Of a DNA stretch of 64,000 nt, positions 11,161 through 25,629 are shown piece by piece. Every line of letters starts with the position of its first letter. The first letter of the stretch is position 1. The notes beneath the pieces were generated by a model. The model had not been told where the DNA came from and made no database searches. It saw only the letters and a program-made list of their open reading frames with translations. The position numbers and the translations under genes were made by a program. The DNA is from Anthoceros angustus (lineage: Eukaryota; Plantae; Anthocerotophyta), in assembly GCA_010909165.1 (NCBI GenBank), contig MU008214.1:1-64000 (forward strand), in the 5' to 3' direction.

Positions 11161-13763
11161 CAGGGAGTTAATTTTGTAAGTCACAGTTCTTGATGTTAAT
11201 GTGTTGAAATACGTTGTCCGTAGCTTTATGTGTCCTTACTAAACCACATTTGCCTCCCAAAAAGTTACAATCGTCCTTCCGTGAGCAGCATTCCTCACCG
11301 TTCCTACTTTGCATTATTCCCTAGAGTTCGACCACCATTCCACAAACGTGCTGGATGGAAAGTAGTAACTTTCTTCGTGACACACCCTTTTTTCTGAGCC
11401 GCTTTGCCGCAATGCCTTCAAAGCGTTGCTTTGAGCCCATCAACAAAACCCTTCAAAGATTCGCGATTTGCGAAAACCCCTTCAGATTATTCACCTTCCA
11501 AATTATCAAGTGTTTGGAGAGGATTATGACATCGCCCGCCTTACATATGCATGTGCCTGATGGAGGCCGCTTTACCATTGAGGCCAGAACTCCATCAACA
11601 GGACGTAAGGGTGGTGGTTGCACTGTGAGCCATTGAGGGCAGCTTTGTCACAGCTAAGGAGGTGCGCATGTGGTTGACATTGTGGAGGAGATGAGGGGCA
11701 TCACGTTTTCTTTGAGCGTCTCGGTTGTTGTGGAATTGGAACTCCTGCGACCGCCTTTTTGTCAGTCTTTGCTCTCGGGAAGTTCGGCGTGCTCGTGGAG
11801 GCGGGAACCAGCGTTGATCCACCTCAAGCACACAAGCGGGCGCATCACGGGTGAACGCCCTTCCTACTCGAGAGGAGCGAGTTCGACAACTGAGGAATTG
11901 AATGGGGCGGCTTGTTCAAAGCTGCGTGGGTCCTCCGTGGGACAAGCGGCTCGGCATGGTGGACTGATGGCGCCATGCGCTCTTTCGCGTGTCACTTGCA
12001 AGCCCATCGGCTCGGTGAAGATCATGAAGAAGGCCATGGATGTTTTGGTTTGTCTTTGGGCATCTTTGAGCTGCCTTTTGGGTGGACAGGAAAGGAGATT
12101 CTTGTCATTGTGGCAGAGAATAACATCGGTCTAGTGCTAGAACATCCTTGGAAGTGGTTTTCACGTGCGAGAGTGGAGCATCTGACCCGACCACTTCAAG
12201 TCCGGGATGAAGCTTTGTTGGATGAGGCATTATTGAGGGACCTCCACAGCGGGATATGTACCAGGGGCATATCAAAATGCTGGAAAACAGCAGTGAAATG
12301 GCGGATGAATGGGGACATAGAAATCAAGAGGATGTTTATGGCGGTGCACTACGGACAGCATAACGAGGCCATTTTGGATTGGGGAGGTCGATGTGTGAAG
12401 CTAAATGCACCACGACCTCACTTTCTTATCCATGAGTATCGGACCGAGCCATGCAGATCACGTATGAAGGAGATATGTCATGGAATACATAGTGGTAACC
12501 CAGTCCAATCTGAGAAGAAAAAAGGGAATAAGGGTCATTAAAAACATCTGAGGTATTTGTAGATGAAAGCAGTCATCATATTACTATGGGTTTTGTTGAG
12601 CATGGAAACATCTATATGCGGTGGACAAAAAGCGATAAGGGATAAGCTCTGCCGGGTTCGTGGCTTCATACAACCCACAAGTTAAAGTGCGGTGAAGATA
12701 GTGATGACAAGTCTGAGGGAGAAATTTGGGACCAGTTGATGGCGAAAGGATTGCTGAACTCACGGGGATGAGTGAAGCGAAATCTCGCTTTCCGAACGGT
12801 CCAGGGATTAATTTTGTAAGTAAACCGTTGCGATGTTAATGTGTTGGGAAATCGTTGTCGTTGCTTTATTATGTGTCATCACTGAAACCACATTTGCCTC
12901 CCAAAAACTGAATTCTACAATCGGGTCCCTTCCGTGAGGCAGCATTCTCCTCATGCGTTCCTACTTTGCATTATTCCCCTAGGTTCGGTTAAACCACCAC
13001 CATTCCACACAAACACCTGGCTGCTAACTGGATGGAAAGTAGTAACCCCATCTTTGCGTGACACCCTTTTTGAGCCGTTTGTGGAGCTGCCGCCTTTGCC
13101 TTCAAAAGCGTTGTTTTGAGCCCATCAACAAAACCCTTCAAAGATTATTTCGCGAGAAAACCCCTTCAGGATTATTCACCTTCCAAAATTATCGTGTTTG
13201 AGACGGATTATGACATCGCTCCGCCTTCTTTGTACGTAAGAATCGCGGAGGCCCTTTACCGACCATTGAGGCCGGGCTTTCCATCAACTGGGGCATCAAA
13301 ATTGGTGGGTTACATCTAAATTGGGGCTATCATCGCTTCTGGGGCTGATCATGTGGTTGACATGTGGAGATGAATTTGCTCCGTTTTTGGAGCGTCTCCG
13401 GTTGTTGTGGAATTGGAACTCCTGCGACCACGCCTTTTTTGTCCCGAGTCACTCTCGGGAAGTTGCGACCTTTCTGTGTGGAGGCGGGAACGGTGATCCA
13501 CCTCCAAGCACACAGGCGCATCTGGGTGAACACGCCCTTCCTTCGAGAGGACGACACAGCGAGTTCGACAACTGAGGAATTACAGAATGGGGCGGCTTGT
13601 TCAAGCCTTTGCGTGGGTCACAGTGGGACAAGAAGCGGCTCACGGCTGACCAGACACTGATGGCGCCATGCGCTTTCTGTTTTCTCACTTGCAAGCCCAT
13701 CGGCTGGTGAAGATCATGAAGAGCCATGGATGTTTTGGTTTGTCTTTGGGCATCTTTGAGAAT
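10457..13763. repeat. Tandem duplication (10457-12072 / 12073-13763)
   Basis: Collinear copies; junction microhomology GCCTTTT at 10457, 12073 and 13764. Confidence 0.9.
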
Positions 13764-16700
13764 GCCTTTTACCTAATCGGACTGAGCACCTAGTGTACTA
13801 TTCCACAGTGGGCAGAATGAAAAAGCACCCGAGTTCTTGATGCTTGCGACTTGATCGTCCAGACATACCATTATTTCTTGGAGATCTGCAATTGTGGCGA
13901 AATGCATTTGCATTTAAGACATGCCACACCTTGAATAGATGTCGAGGTTCTCACTCGATCGTGGACATCCAATACTAGCGGTGATGTACCTGGTCGGATA
14001 AGCGGGCGGGCAGTGGCTACATTTGATTTTGAAGCGTGGCAGCGATTATGCACCTAGTCGTACATTTTGATTTGCCCCGACTTGTGGGTATGGTCTCGTT
14101 AATATGCATTGCCTTCTCACCCGACCTTTTTGAATGTGGATTGTTGCCATGTAAGTTGTTGCGGCGGCAGCTTGTTATCAACATATAATTGTATGGTAGC
14201 GTTCGACCACATTGTTGGGAACGGTATGCCGTCTGTCGTGTTCATTGGGCACACGCACATTTGACCACATGTCAGTGAGCCTATTGTGTGCGATTAGATT
14301 AGCGGTGGTGGCCAAGAGATATTGCAATTAGATTAGCGGTGGCTGGTAATCTGTCGCACCATCTCGTCTACAATGACGTCTCGGTGTCAGGGCTGCCGTC
14401 GTGAGAGTGGGATCATGTCCAATCGTGAAGACTCGGAAGGATGGACCCCCAATCCCTTACAGTTTTTGGACGATTGTCCTCTGTACAATGTGTGACAATT
14501 ATAAGCCATCTTTGGAACTCCATCACGCCTCCATGACGCATGGGTGACATCCATGTCGGGAGGCACGCCAGTCAGACATGGCCGTGGGTTTAGCTTTGCG
14601 CCTCTCAGGCCATGGTGTGATATCGGGATTTAATTCCGATCGTCTCGTTCGTCACAATTTGGACCTTGAATGCACTGTTTCTCGTCGGCGGCCGGTGGGG
14701 GCGGTAGCCCCGTTCACTTGAATATCTTGAGAAGTGCGACCTGATCCATCTTTGTTTCGGATTGCCTTTTCATCAAAGTTAGATCGAACACTTGAGACCA
14801 CCGCATGTGGGTTCCGATGCTTGTGAGGCGAGCAGCCAAACCAAAACTTGAATGCAATCTGCGAGGCAAGGTGAGGATCTCCGTAGCATGCATATGACAC
14901 CGACCGTAGCCAACAGACCATTGTCCAAACTGCAAATGGAAATGTAATGGCATACAAGAACCGAGACCCCATGGAACTAACCGTGGCAGCGGTAAGTCGG
15001 TAGAATTAGCGTTCACCGGTTGGTGGACGGTTTTGTCCGGGAGGTATGTCAATTAAATGACGTTTTTGCTTCATGTTATATTTTGAGTATTTTAAAGGCT
15101 ACCCAAGGTGATTCGGTGAACCCATCATATGCCATATGACGGAGTTATAACGTGAAGCACCCCACGTTGTAATGCTCTCGTCATAAAGACATTCGATGTG
15201 TAGTAGTGGTCGGACGTTGAAGATACAGTACAGCCTTTGCGCTTACCAAATGAAAGCCTTCTGGACGAAGCATTATTGAGGGAGCGTCCACGGCGTGATA
15301 TGTACTTGGGGCTTACCGGTGGTGGCTCGGCCAATGGAAATGGGCGGCAGATGGCGATGTGGGTGAGATTGTGGAGGAGATGAGGGATCGCCGTTTTCTT
15401 GAGCGTCTCGGTTGTTGTGGAATTGGAACTCCTGACACGCCTTTTTTGTCCCAGTCTTTGCTCTCGGGAAGTTGACGTGCTACGTGGGCGGGAACCGGCG
15501 TTTGATCCACCTCAAGCACTGGCGGGCGCATCGGGTAAACGCCCTTCCTACTCGAGAGAGGACATCGAGCGAGTTCGACAACTGAGGAATTGCAGATGGG
15601 GCGGCTTGTTCAAAGCACGTGGGTCCTCCTGGACAAGCGGCTCGACATGGTGGACACGATGGCGCCATGCGCTCTGTTTAAACCCACATCATCGGTGAAG
15701 ATCATGAAGGCCATGGATGTTTTGGTTTGTCTCTTTGGAGCATCTTGCGCCTTTTTACCCGGACAGGCACCTGTGCTATTCACAGTGGGCACGAATGAAG
15801 AAGCAAAGCACGGGTTCTTGATGCTTGCGACTTGATCGATCGAGACATGCCATTGTCGGTGGCGGAGGATCTACAATTGGCGGAAATGCATTTTGCATTT
15901 AAGTTACATGCCCTGGCCACGCCCGATGATGTCGAGGTTCTTACTCGTTCGTGGACATCCAATAGCGGTGATGTGCCACGGATCGAGAATATGGCGGGCA
16001 GTGGCACCATTTGGCTTAGTTTGGCGTGGTGAGGCCAGTTATGCACCTGAGTCGGCAGCATTTAGTTTGCCCAACTTGTGAGTCTGGTCTCGTTCAATAT
16101 GCATTGCCTTCGGAGACTTTTTGAATGTGGATTGTTGCCATGTAAGTTGTTGCGGTAGCGTGTTGAATCAATATATATAATTGTATGGTAAGCGATCGAC
16201 CACATTGTTGGAGCGGTATCGTCTACAGCCGTGTTCATTCGGGCACGCACATTTACCCACATGTCCAAGTGACCTAGGTATGTGCATTAGATTAGCGGTG
16301 GTGGCCAAGGATGGGTGCAATTAGATTAGCGGGCGGTGGCACGGTAATCTGTGCTGTCGGCTAAGCAAGCGTCTCGATGCTCGAAAATGGGCGTCGTGGG
16401 TGGATCTGTGTCCAATCGTGAAGACTCGGAGGATAGACCCCAATCCACTTGCACGGATTTTTGGACGATTGTCCTCTGTGCAATGGCCGACAATTGTAAG
16501 CCATGGAACTCCATCACGCCTCCCGCCCGGCATCGCATGGTGACATCCATGTCCGGAGGCACATCAGTCGAATCGACATGGCGTGGGTTTAGCTTTGGCG
16601 CCTCTCATGGTATGATGTCGGGATTTAATTCCGATCGTCTCGAGGTTACGCCATTTGGACCTTGAATCGCACCGTTTTCTCATGCTGACGGTGGGTGATT

Positions 16701-17900
16701 GTGCAAACGTTCACTTGAATATCTTCCGCGAAAGAAGTGCGGCCACGATCATCTTTGTTCTTTGGATTGCCTTTTCATCAAAGTTAGATCGTACACACTT
16801 GAGACCACCGCCCAGCGGGTTCCAGTACTTGTGAAGGCGAGCATAGGCAAAACTTGAATGCAATGCAGGCAAGGTGAGGGATCTCCGTAGCGCCGCCGAC
16901 CGGGCCTTCGCCGGCAAGCAATTGTATCCCGCATGCAAATGGAAATGTAATCGCACATCTGAGCCAAGAGACGCCGGACCTAATGAGCGGTGCAGCGCCA
17001 GTAAGTCCCAGTGAGATTCGCGTTCACCCGATTCGGTACAGAGCGGTTTGTCCGGGTATGTCAATTAAATGACGTTTTGCTTCATGTTATATTTTGAGTA
17101 TTTTAAAGGCTACTACAAAGGTATTGTGAACCATCATATGCCGCGCACATAGATGCTATAACGTGAAGCACCCCACGCTGTAATGCTCTCGTCATAAAGG
17201 GAGCATTCACGTGTGCAGTAGTGCCTGACGTTGAAGATACAAAGACAAAATTTCTGATATGCGCTTACCAAATGAAAGCCTTCTGGCGAAGCATTGAGGG
17301 AGCTTCCGCGTGATATGTAGCAGGGCTTACCGGCAAGTGGCTCGGCAATGAGAAATGGAAATGAATGGCGATGTTGGTGAGATTGGAAATGGAATGTTCA
17401 TGCAATTCCATGCAAGCGGATCGCTGTGAGACCTTTTTGGATGGGAAGAGTGGTGGAAGTGAAAACATGATGCTTTCGTCCAAAGTCTAATGGTCCCTTT
17501 GATGCGGACGGAACATCTTGGCGCTTTCGAGGCGATATGTTGAGAGTACATCGTCCATGGACAGAGGGCCCAACATCGGGAGAAGTCATCAAGGCAAGGG
17601 TCAAAAGTGTTCCCAAAAACATACAAGAGATTTACATCAATGATACGATGTAATATTGTACTATGGTTTCAACCTTACTACGGCGGAAGCATTTATCGCC
17701 AGCGACAAAGGGCTATAAAGGAGAAGCTAAGCGAGATCTGTGATTGAACCGGCCGGTGAAGATGTGCTTGCGGACAATAGCGATGAGGAGGCGGATATTG
17801 ACAACATGGATGATGATGTGGAAGCATGTCTTGGAAGAACCCTAAGGCGAACATGACTTGACATTGTCTTTGTTTATGGTACATTGTTCTAGAAGAATAA
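11300..17900 (-). pseudogene. Unidentified cargo gene(s), fragmented and partly present in 2-3 copies
   Basis: Reading-frame segments shared between duplicates (PQQLTWQQSTFKK; DQVASIKN; QTKTSMAF(F)MIFT; VVSSV(F/Y)DLTLMKRQS). No recognisable family. Confidence 0.35.
13351..17370. repeat. Tandem duplication (~13351-15356 / ~15357-17370)
   Basis: Collinear copies; imperfect junction homology ATGTGGTTGACA vs ATGTTGGTGAGA. Confidence 0.85.
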
Positions 17901-18779
17901 TAAAAAACACATGTACACATCGGGCGGATGGGCGATTACTCCTTTCTTGTCTTTTCGTTTTCATATGTTACACCACCCTAGTGGTCAGTCATCATGTCGC
18001 AACAACTAACAAACGCTTCGATAATTGTGTTTCTGATTGAAACCACGGTTGGAAGTTGACAAGCGGCAAGCGGCCAAATCCGCCTTAATGCGGTGATTCG
18101 ACTATCAATCCAAGCCGGTGGGTACAACGTCGCTTTGCCCAGATTAGGCGCCGGCCGGCGGCGCCTACCAACGAATGGCGCCCATAAAATGTGAAAGTTG
18201 CATATATAGGGATGATTTCTACCACCCTTTCGGTGTCATTTCCTTACCCTCTCAAGTTTCGAGATGCAGCGGGACGTAAAAGTCGCTGCCTCGTCACAGG
18301 GCCTCGGCCAGCCCGGTTTTTTTGGGGTAGTCACGGTAAATTTTAGAGAAAATTGACCTTTTGGTCATTATTTTACCCAGTAAAATTCATTCTGATATAG
18401 TAGAAAATCATCTACCATCAAGGTACAAAACAACAACCATACAAGTGGGTAAAATCATCTACCATCAAGGTAGAAAATAGAGCACTAGAGTGAAAACATG
18501 ACGACCAAGTGAATACCGGGGTCTAGAAGCTCATTCTAGAAATCCCACCAAAATCGCTAATCGACAAAAACATTTTCATTAAATAATATTCATGCGGATC
18601 CGGGATATACAAAACCAACAAAGAAACCTTTTCTTTGCGAGTTTCTGTATATCCGAATGGCATGAAATACAAATTCAACTAATGAAGAGTAAATACCGGA
18701 ATAGATTGAACTCGCTAGATTGAACTCTACTTCAACAACAATGGAACCTACAAAAGCAGCGACACACAAACCGTGATTA

Positions 18780-21700
18780 GGCGATACTAGAAAACACTGA
18801 AATAATCATAGCAAATACTTGAAATGATACTCACCTTATTTAGGAAATTAACTGCAATTATACAGATTGAAAACGTAATTTTCACGACCACTTGGCTTGA
18901 TTGGCGGTTATACGGCATCATTCTTGGCAACCAATTGATGAAGGCGAGGACTTGGGCGAAATTGTCCATTCACCGGTGACAACCTAATAAAATACAACCA
19001 TTGATTTTCAATGTCTGATTAATAAAGAGCATAAGAAAACTTACCAATCGACGGATTTTCGCGAGATAGCGGTGCAAATATCTCGAGGCACATTCTTCTC
19101 TGTTCTTTTCCACTCGGTCTTGAACCTCTTGCGCTCCATCTGCGCCGATTTCTCTTGATGCTTAATGTGCTCTTGTCTCCTCTCCACATTTCTCGCCTCG
19201 AATCTCAAGGGCTTTCTCTCTTTGCTTAGAGACTCGTAATTCAAAACTTTTCGCCTCTGTCTCTATAAGAGCCTCCAAATCCTTTTGCACGAAACTCCAA
19301 TTCTTCATCTATCATACTCCAATTCCGTACTCGCGCAATCTCAAGCCCTCAAAGCCACTTCCATTTCCATTTGTCCGCTGCAATACAATATCGAGAGGTG
19401 CTACCACACCACATTTACATCTGGTTAACGGATGTGATCACACTCACTATGCACAATGCCCTCCAAGCGGAGGGACCACGCATCCACTTCCCTCGGTGTA
19501 TCAATGTTGAAATGAGGGACGATGAAGGCTTCCACTAGTCGCAGGATTCACAACCGCCAAGATAAACATAATCGAAACTCCAAAAGAAGTGAAAACAACA
19601 AGCAGACAAAGAATCAACCTTGTCAACATATGGAATTTCACTAGAACACCCATTGTTGGTCTGCTATCCATCTGGATGCCTTGCCCGCTTTCGGAGGTAT
19701 GTTTGCAACCAAAACACCACAGCCTCCCACAGTAACAACAGACCGGATGATTAAAACAGATCCAACATGGCACAACAAGGAACTTACAACGAACTTGAGG
19801 ACAAAGTGGACCATGGTGCGAAAACTCGATTCAGTCGACATTGTTCAAAGGTGCTTTCATGATGAACAAGGGGTACGAGACCTAACACACAAAAACAAGT
19901 CGAGACACGATTATCAAAACAAGTCCTACAAACTTGCAACAAATCTCAAACACTTACATTGTTAACTGTTGCACTCGCAAGTGCGATCTTGGTGACTAGA
20001 AAATACAATTTGAGTCACATTGAGGGGCTTGACGGAAGAACACCCTTAAATCATCACGCATCCGATTGATTCTTGGTTCAAAAGCTCCGATAGGATCGCC
20101 GTTCACCGAGAACAAGGACTCTTCTTGCACTGTTTGCTTGACGGCCGGTCATATCGCAAACCATATCGAGCGTCGAAGGAACATACAAAGGACTCAAATG
20201 TCACAAGCTTTCAAAACATATTACCTTGAGAATCCAGATCTGCTTTATGGTCACACTTCTCCCGGATCGAAGGCACGAGCCATCGTCAAACGTGTAATCA
20301 TTGTTACACGGCAGCTCTTATTGGTGTAATAGCCAACAAGCCCGGTGCCACCATGGTCTTCATGAACCTTGACAACATTCCTTTTGAAACACGGAGTTTT
20401 GCATACCAAGCCTAGCCAAAAACAAAGGTTAATACAAACCACAAAACTTAACATAACAACAAAACTTAAGCCCAATAACAACAAACTTACATTTGATCTT
20501 GGGTTATCAATTGTTGAATTGAACAAAACCACGAATTGACATTTTTGTTTGCGGACCACTTGGGAGAGTGTTCAATATGACTCTAAAAGTTTCGATAACA
20601 TCCGCTCGTAAATCTTGACCTTTGACAATGCTCACGGTAATTCTTCATGTCCACTTTGTAATTTTTGGCGTTCTTGATACGCAAATAAAAGCGAGAGCAA
20701 ACATCAAAACAACCAAAACATACCAATCAAAGATACAAAACAACCAAAACATCGAACAAAAGGTCCTCCACGAACGAGAAGTCCCATGAGCGGTTATGTA
20801 ACTCTTCACCACCTCGAACTCCAAACTGGTCATGCAAAAATATGCACACACCAAACAATAGAGCAGACCTCCGGTTTAAAACCATAAATGAACAATCAAA
20901 GTGCACCCCTAAACCAACAATATTACCTTTTTGAGCCCCCCCAAATGAGCATTGATGATCTCGTGTGAAAGAATCTCGCTCATCATCGAAATCAACTTCA
21001 CCTCTTTCGACATGACACAATCCCAAGGTCCTTGCGATTTTCATGGACGCAACCAACGCACAGGACCCATGGAAAATTCCATGAAACATGTTGATCAAAC
21101 ATCGAGAACCAAGCCGGCTTTGGTTCAAGATGCACTTCCTTGTTAAAATTCGGTTAAAACCACGAAAGAAAGACATCAACGCACAGAGAAAATCAAATCA
21201 TCATGTGAAGAAAGTCGAACTATCAAAATCAACAAGTCAAAAACATCACTACTTACGTTTGGAGAAAATCTCCGTTGTCCTTGATTCGAACTTGATGGAA
21301 AAAGGTATCGAATAAGATTTAGATCCTTGTAAGGATATCCTCAACAGAGTATCCCATCCACGACCCCACTCACTTTCATAAAGGCCCCGAGGCGACTTGA
21401 CACCGCTTATTACGCGTTTGGACCTATCCTCCCCACCACTCAAGCATCATTCTCAGGACTATTGGGTCAAATCCGCTCTCGAAAATTGCTTCATCATCAA
21501 TTTCCTCCATACCCATGGCAAAGTCATCTTGGGATCATCACACTTTAGCCTCTCAAACATATCAAGCACTTCTTGATCGGGGATGACTCGTCGGGAACCA
21601 TGAGGCATGGAACCGAAAGCATTCTGTTCAACAGCACAAATCTCTAGACTCAGACAGGTTTGGCGGCACTCACAACCATGGGATCGTGGGTTATCAAGAA

Positions 21701-22040
21701 ATCATTCTCCCCACAAAGCTGGACCCTCTCTCGAGACAACGGGACATAGTTAGTAATCTCAAGAGGACCTTCAACCATGCCAGTCGAGTGTCCACCCTTC
21801 TCCTCTTGAACAAACTCACACGTCGAGCATCCTTCTTGGATGAAAATCGCCTTGGCGGTTTGGGCAAGTCTTTTGGGAACTAAAAGTTCCTTCGTGCACC
21901 AAGACACCATCAACTTTACCATCATCCTGCAGCGGATGAGTTGCGATTATCTGAGCATGGTTGACACTGTCTAGTATATGGCAGCCATTGACCAGATCCT
22001 TGTTTTCTTCCGAGCCGGTGGGTTTTCTTTTAGGAGCCAT
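18780..22040 (-). pseudogene. Multi-exon gene of unknown function inside the element, frameshifted
   Basis: MAPKRKPTGSEENK... start near 22040; further coding-like exons bounded by GT/AG with T-rich introns on the minus strand; RCKCGVVAPL and coiled-coil-like segments at ~19100-19430. Confidence 0.4.
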
Positions 22041-25000
22041 CTGCAGCGAGCGAATTGAGTGGTCGAACTTGACAACACAAACATCCTGCAGAAGTTGACA
22101 AAAGACAAAATAAAGAAAACTTACATGGTGTTCGAACTTAGGAACTGCTGAAGGGTCTAACAATTGATTATAAAACAATCGAGGGCGAGGATAGGGATGG
22201 GGATATGGCACACATTCATTGAATATACACATTGTTAAATATTGAAATCCTCCACTTTTGGTTAGTGAGAGCAGATAACTCCTTTTCAAACAACACATAC
22301 TTCACGTAATAGAAGACTTTGTCGGCAAGTTAGATTTAAGAGGAAAAACAAACAAAATAAGGTTATCCGGTACACAAAAGCAGTATGCAGACAACAAACT
22401 ACGAGATTCAATCATGACTTCAAATTCAGAAATGGTTATCCCGATTCACGCAACAGAATCGAGAATGTTGGCGGTCAACCCTTCACACGATGAACAATAA
22501 AGCCTACACACAGTAATTAGATTATTCACGCGAGAACTCACACGTTAAAAGACAACGAGGTAATTATCAATGAGGAGAAATCATCAAGTTTAAAATCGGT
22601 TCACATACCATATGCGGTTACACCCAAAACGCCTTATCGTCAAGCGGTTATGCATCAAAGCGGACCTTAGAATAAGAATGAGACAAAACGTATTGAACCC
22701 GACAATGCGACAATAACCAAAACCACAATTCAACAACGGTGGCGTTGTTGAATTACGTATTTTTAAATATCATAGCATTTTAACGGCAACATTAAAAAAA
22801 TAACAACGCGTTTCACCGTGAACAAGGTCCCAAATGTGTCCGCCACGTCAAAACCGCATCAAACGGAGAGAAAGATCACACAAGCAAGGCAAACTCTCAG
22901 AAAGAAAGAAGGCAAGATTTGCGGTGACACAACAAACAACGATAAAGAACCATGACAGACAAATGTAAATGTTGTCACACTTGACAAAAGGCAACCTTTT
23001 CTTACGTCCAACAACCTCTTGCAGTTTACTCTGCGTTCAAAAGGAATAGACTTAAGAATAAAATCGCTCAACATTATAAAACAATCAAAGCTCAAGAGAA
23101 GAACATTCATTTTCCAAGCAACATATGCGTAGCAGAGATTGACACAAGGACATTTTGACTTACCAAAGTGGTCCCGATCTATGCGCTTCAAACAAAGTTG
23201 CATCAAAACACAACAGAGTTACAACACACGAGCCGACGTCGAGAACAAAACGAGCTTGCATAAGCTGCACGACACAAACCAACGACACGATAAAGACAAC
23301 CAAACAAACAAAATGTTTGACACACATACTGAAAAGTCACAAATCCGTGAATAGCCAAGCACAGCATGAACACTGTGATTACAAGAAAACATTAAAAGGT
23401 ACCATGAAGCAAAGACATCAATCAACCACAAACCAAAAGAACCATTGAAAACGACTGTAGACAAACAACAAGCAAAACAACGAGATGAACAACATCGAGA
23501 CAAGCATACAATAAATAAGACATTGGCAAAACACAAGAAGCCTTAGCATGACTTGAACCGCCATAGAAGACCAAACACATGACCCGCAAAACAAGAAAAG
23601 CAAGACAACTCAAAGCGCATAATTAGCGAAAGAAAGCTACAACACCATAGGAAACAAAGAAACAAGTCCAGACAAAAGCAAAAATAAACGAACAACGCAA
23701 ACGAAGAAAACCTAAGCCCACAAAGCAAAACCTCCTGACCTTACAACTGAACTTCAAGACGAAGAACCCGAAAACACCAAGCCTGGAAAACAAACCAGCC
23801 TTCGCAGCCTACAAACCTTAAGCACCAAGGAACAATCAAAACACAGCGATAACAAACCAACGAACAAGACCAAGACCGAAAGGAGTAATAAATGGCGAAC
23901 AACAAACAACCTTAGCCAAAAAGCTTAAACTCAGGCCTTGAACAAAACTTGCCTTGAAACCAGAGCAACAGCCTCGAAAAGAACCTGGACTTGACAACAA
24001 GCAAAGCAAGCAAAAGGGCAAACAGACAACACTGACCGTGAGAACAAGCCTAAGTTGAAAACAAAAGAACACAAAACCTTAACACAAAGCGAAAACAAAA
24101 CCTAAAACAAAAGGGCCTAACTACCAAAACAAACGGCTTGAAAGAAAAGCAACAACAAAGTAAGCGGATGCGACAAAGAACCAAAAAGCGGCAGCTACAC
24201 CTAAAGCACAAGCAACACCTTGGCCTTCTGACCGCAACAACTGAGAACAAACCTTGCCGAAAGAAAACCGAAAAACCCAGCAAGGACAATGAACCTAAAG
24301 AGCGAACCAAGATGAGCAACACTCCAAACAGAAAAGACTTTAGCAAGCTTATAGGCCACCAAACCCCAACCTTCTCGCTCGCCCCGCACTCTCTCTCTAC
24401 CAAACCCATTTGAATAACCTAATCCCGAGCCCCAAACCAACCGAGGTTCGCCATTCGCCGCCCCCCTCAACCAAACCTAGTCACTGTTCCAAACCTACCC
24501 ATGCAACACCTAAGAACCTCCGGCGGCGGGCGTCCGCCGCCAATCAAATCACGCCATGCACACTTCTCAAACATCGCCCTAACTCTAGACTATTTAGGCG
24601 CCTCATTCTTCCTCTATCACCCATCACCGCCCGGGCTGCTTTCTCTCTACCGCCACCACGCCGCCTTGCGGTTTCTCCTAGCCTCACCGCCCCAGCTTAG
24701 CTGGTGGTTCCTTTCACCCTACCACCCACCACGCCTGCTGGTTCTTCTACTACGCCCCTCTTGCCCGCCGGTGACATCTAGTCCTTGCCACCTCGTGGCA
24801 GGCTCTGCTCTTCACCTACACTCACATTGCCTTTCACTTTGTTTTTCTCGTAGTGATGTTTTCCCTCTCTCGTTATCTTTGGGTTCGCACACGTGCTCGA
24901 GCAAGTTGTCGCTCAGGCTACTCGCCGTAAGTAAACCTTGTGCTTTCAACTTGTTTTTCGATCTCAACGCCTTTCTTTCCTTCATTTGATAGTCCGTTGT

Positions 25001-25629
25001 TCTGTGTGCTTTGTTTCGAGACACTCGCCATCTTTGCTTTTCCTTCACTTGTTTCGATTTGCAGACATACACGTCGACATCTGCTGTCGGTCACTCATGC
25101 CCGCCGTGTTCCTTCACTTTTGCCTTTTCCTCATGCTATACTCGTTGCCTTGCATATCGAAGTCCGCGGCATGCTTTATTGCATGCAACCGCGCTTGTGC
25201 TTTGCTTCGTGAGCACCTGTTTGTCTCGATTCTTAGCGGCTTGATTGGGTGTATATCCGAGGCACTCACTTTCGGACTTTACAAACTTCATCCCGTGGTT
25301 CCAAGAAGTTCTTTATTGGGCGTAGTTATGTTTCGCTTCGCGAGTTGCTCAGCCGACGCATGTGTTGCAGCGCGCAATTGCATGTTCTCGTTCTTTGAGT
25401 GTAGCGATTCGCAACGCGTGAGTCACATGCCGCGGCTTGTTGCGGTGTAGAGCTTTTCTGTTATCATCACAAGTCCCTTGGGTTTGCATCGAAAATGGAT
25501 TTTACGTTCGATGCGGGAACAAACAATTGGCTCGCGTGGCGGGAAGTTGATAAAGTAATTTGCCCTTGCTCAACCCGTTCTTTGTTTGCGATTTTCATGT
25601 TCATGATTTGGCGCAGCTCTACGGTATTC

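Larger units (their letters stand above)
1..18331. mobile_element. Large DNA transposon carrying transposase, ParB-MTase and unknown cargo; left end outside the window, right end tentative
   Basis: Transposase plus divergent cargo genes with no host genes between them. GGCGCC-type subterminal-like repeats at 18140-18185 and a CACTA-like terminus CCGGTTTTTTTGGGGTAGT ending at 18331. Confidence 0.55.

Noticed and set aside
19690-19760. Ulp1/C48 protease catalytic motif (GGCGVLVA) on the minus strand
   Set aside because: No supporting His-Trp/Asp or QQ motif found; the region looks intronic.
22859-24470. Lys/Gln-rich and Phe/Leu/Cys-rich ORFs
   Set aside because: Explained by extreme A/C versus T/G strand bias.
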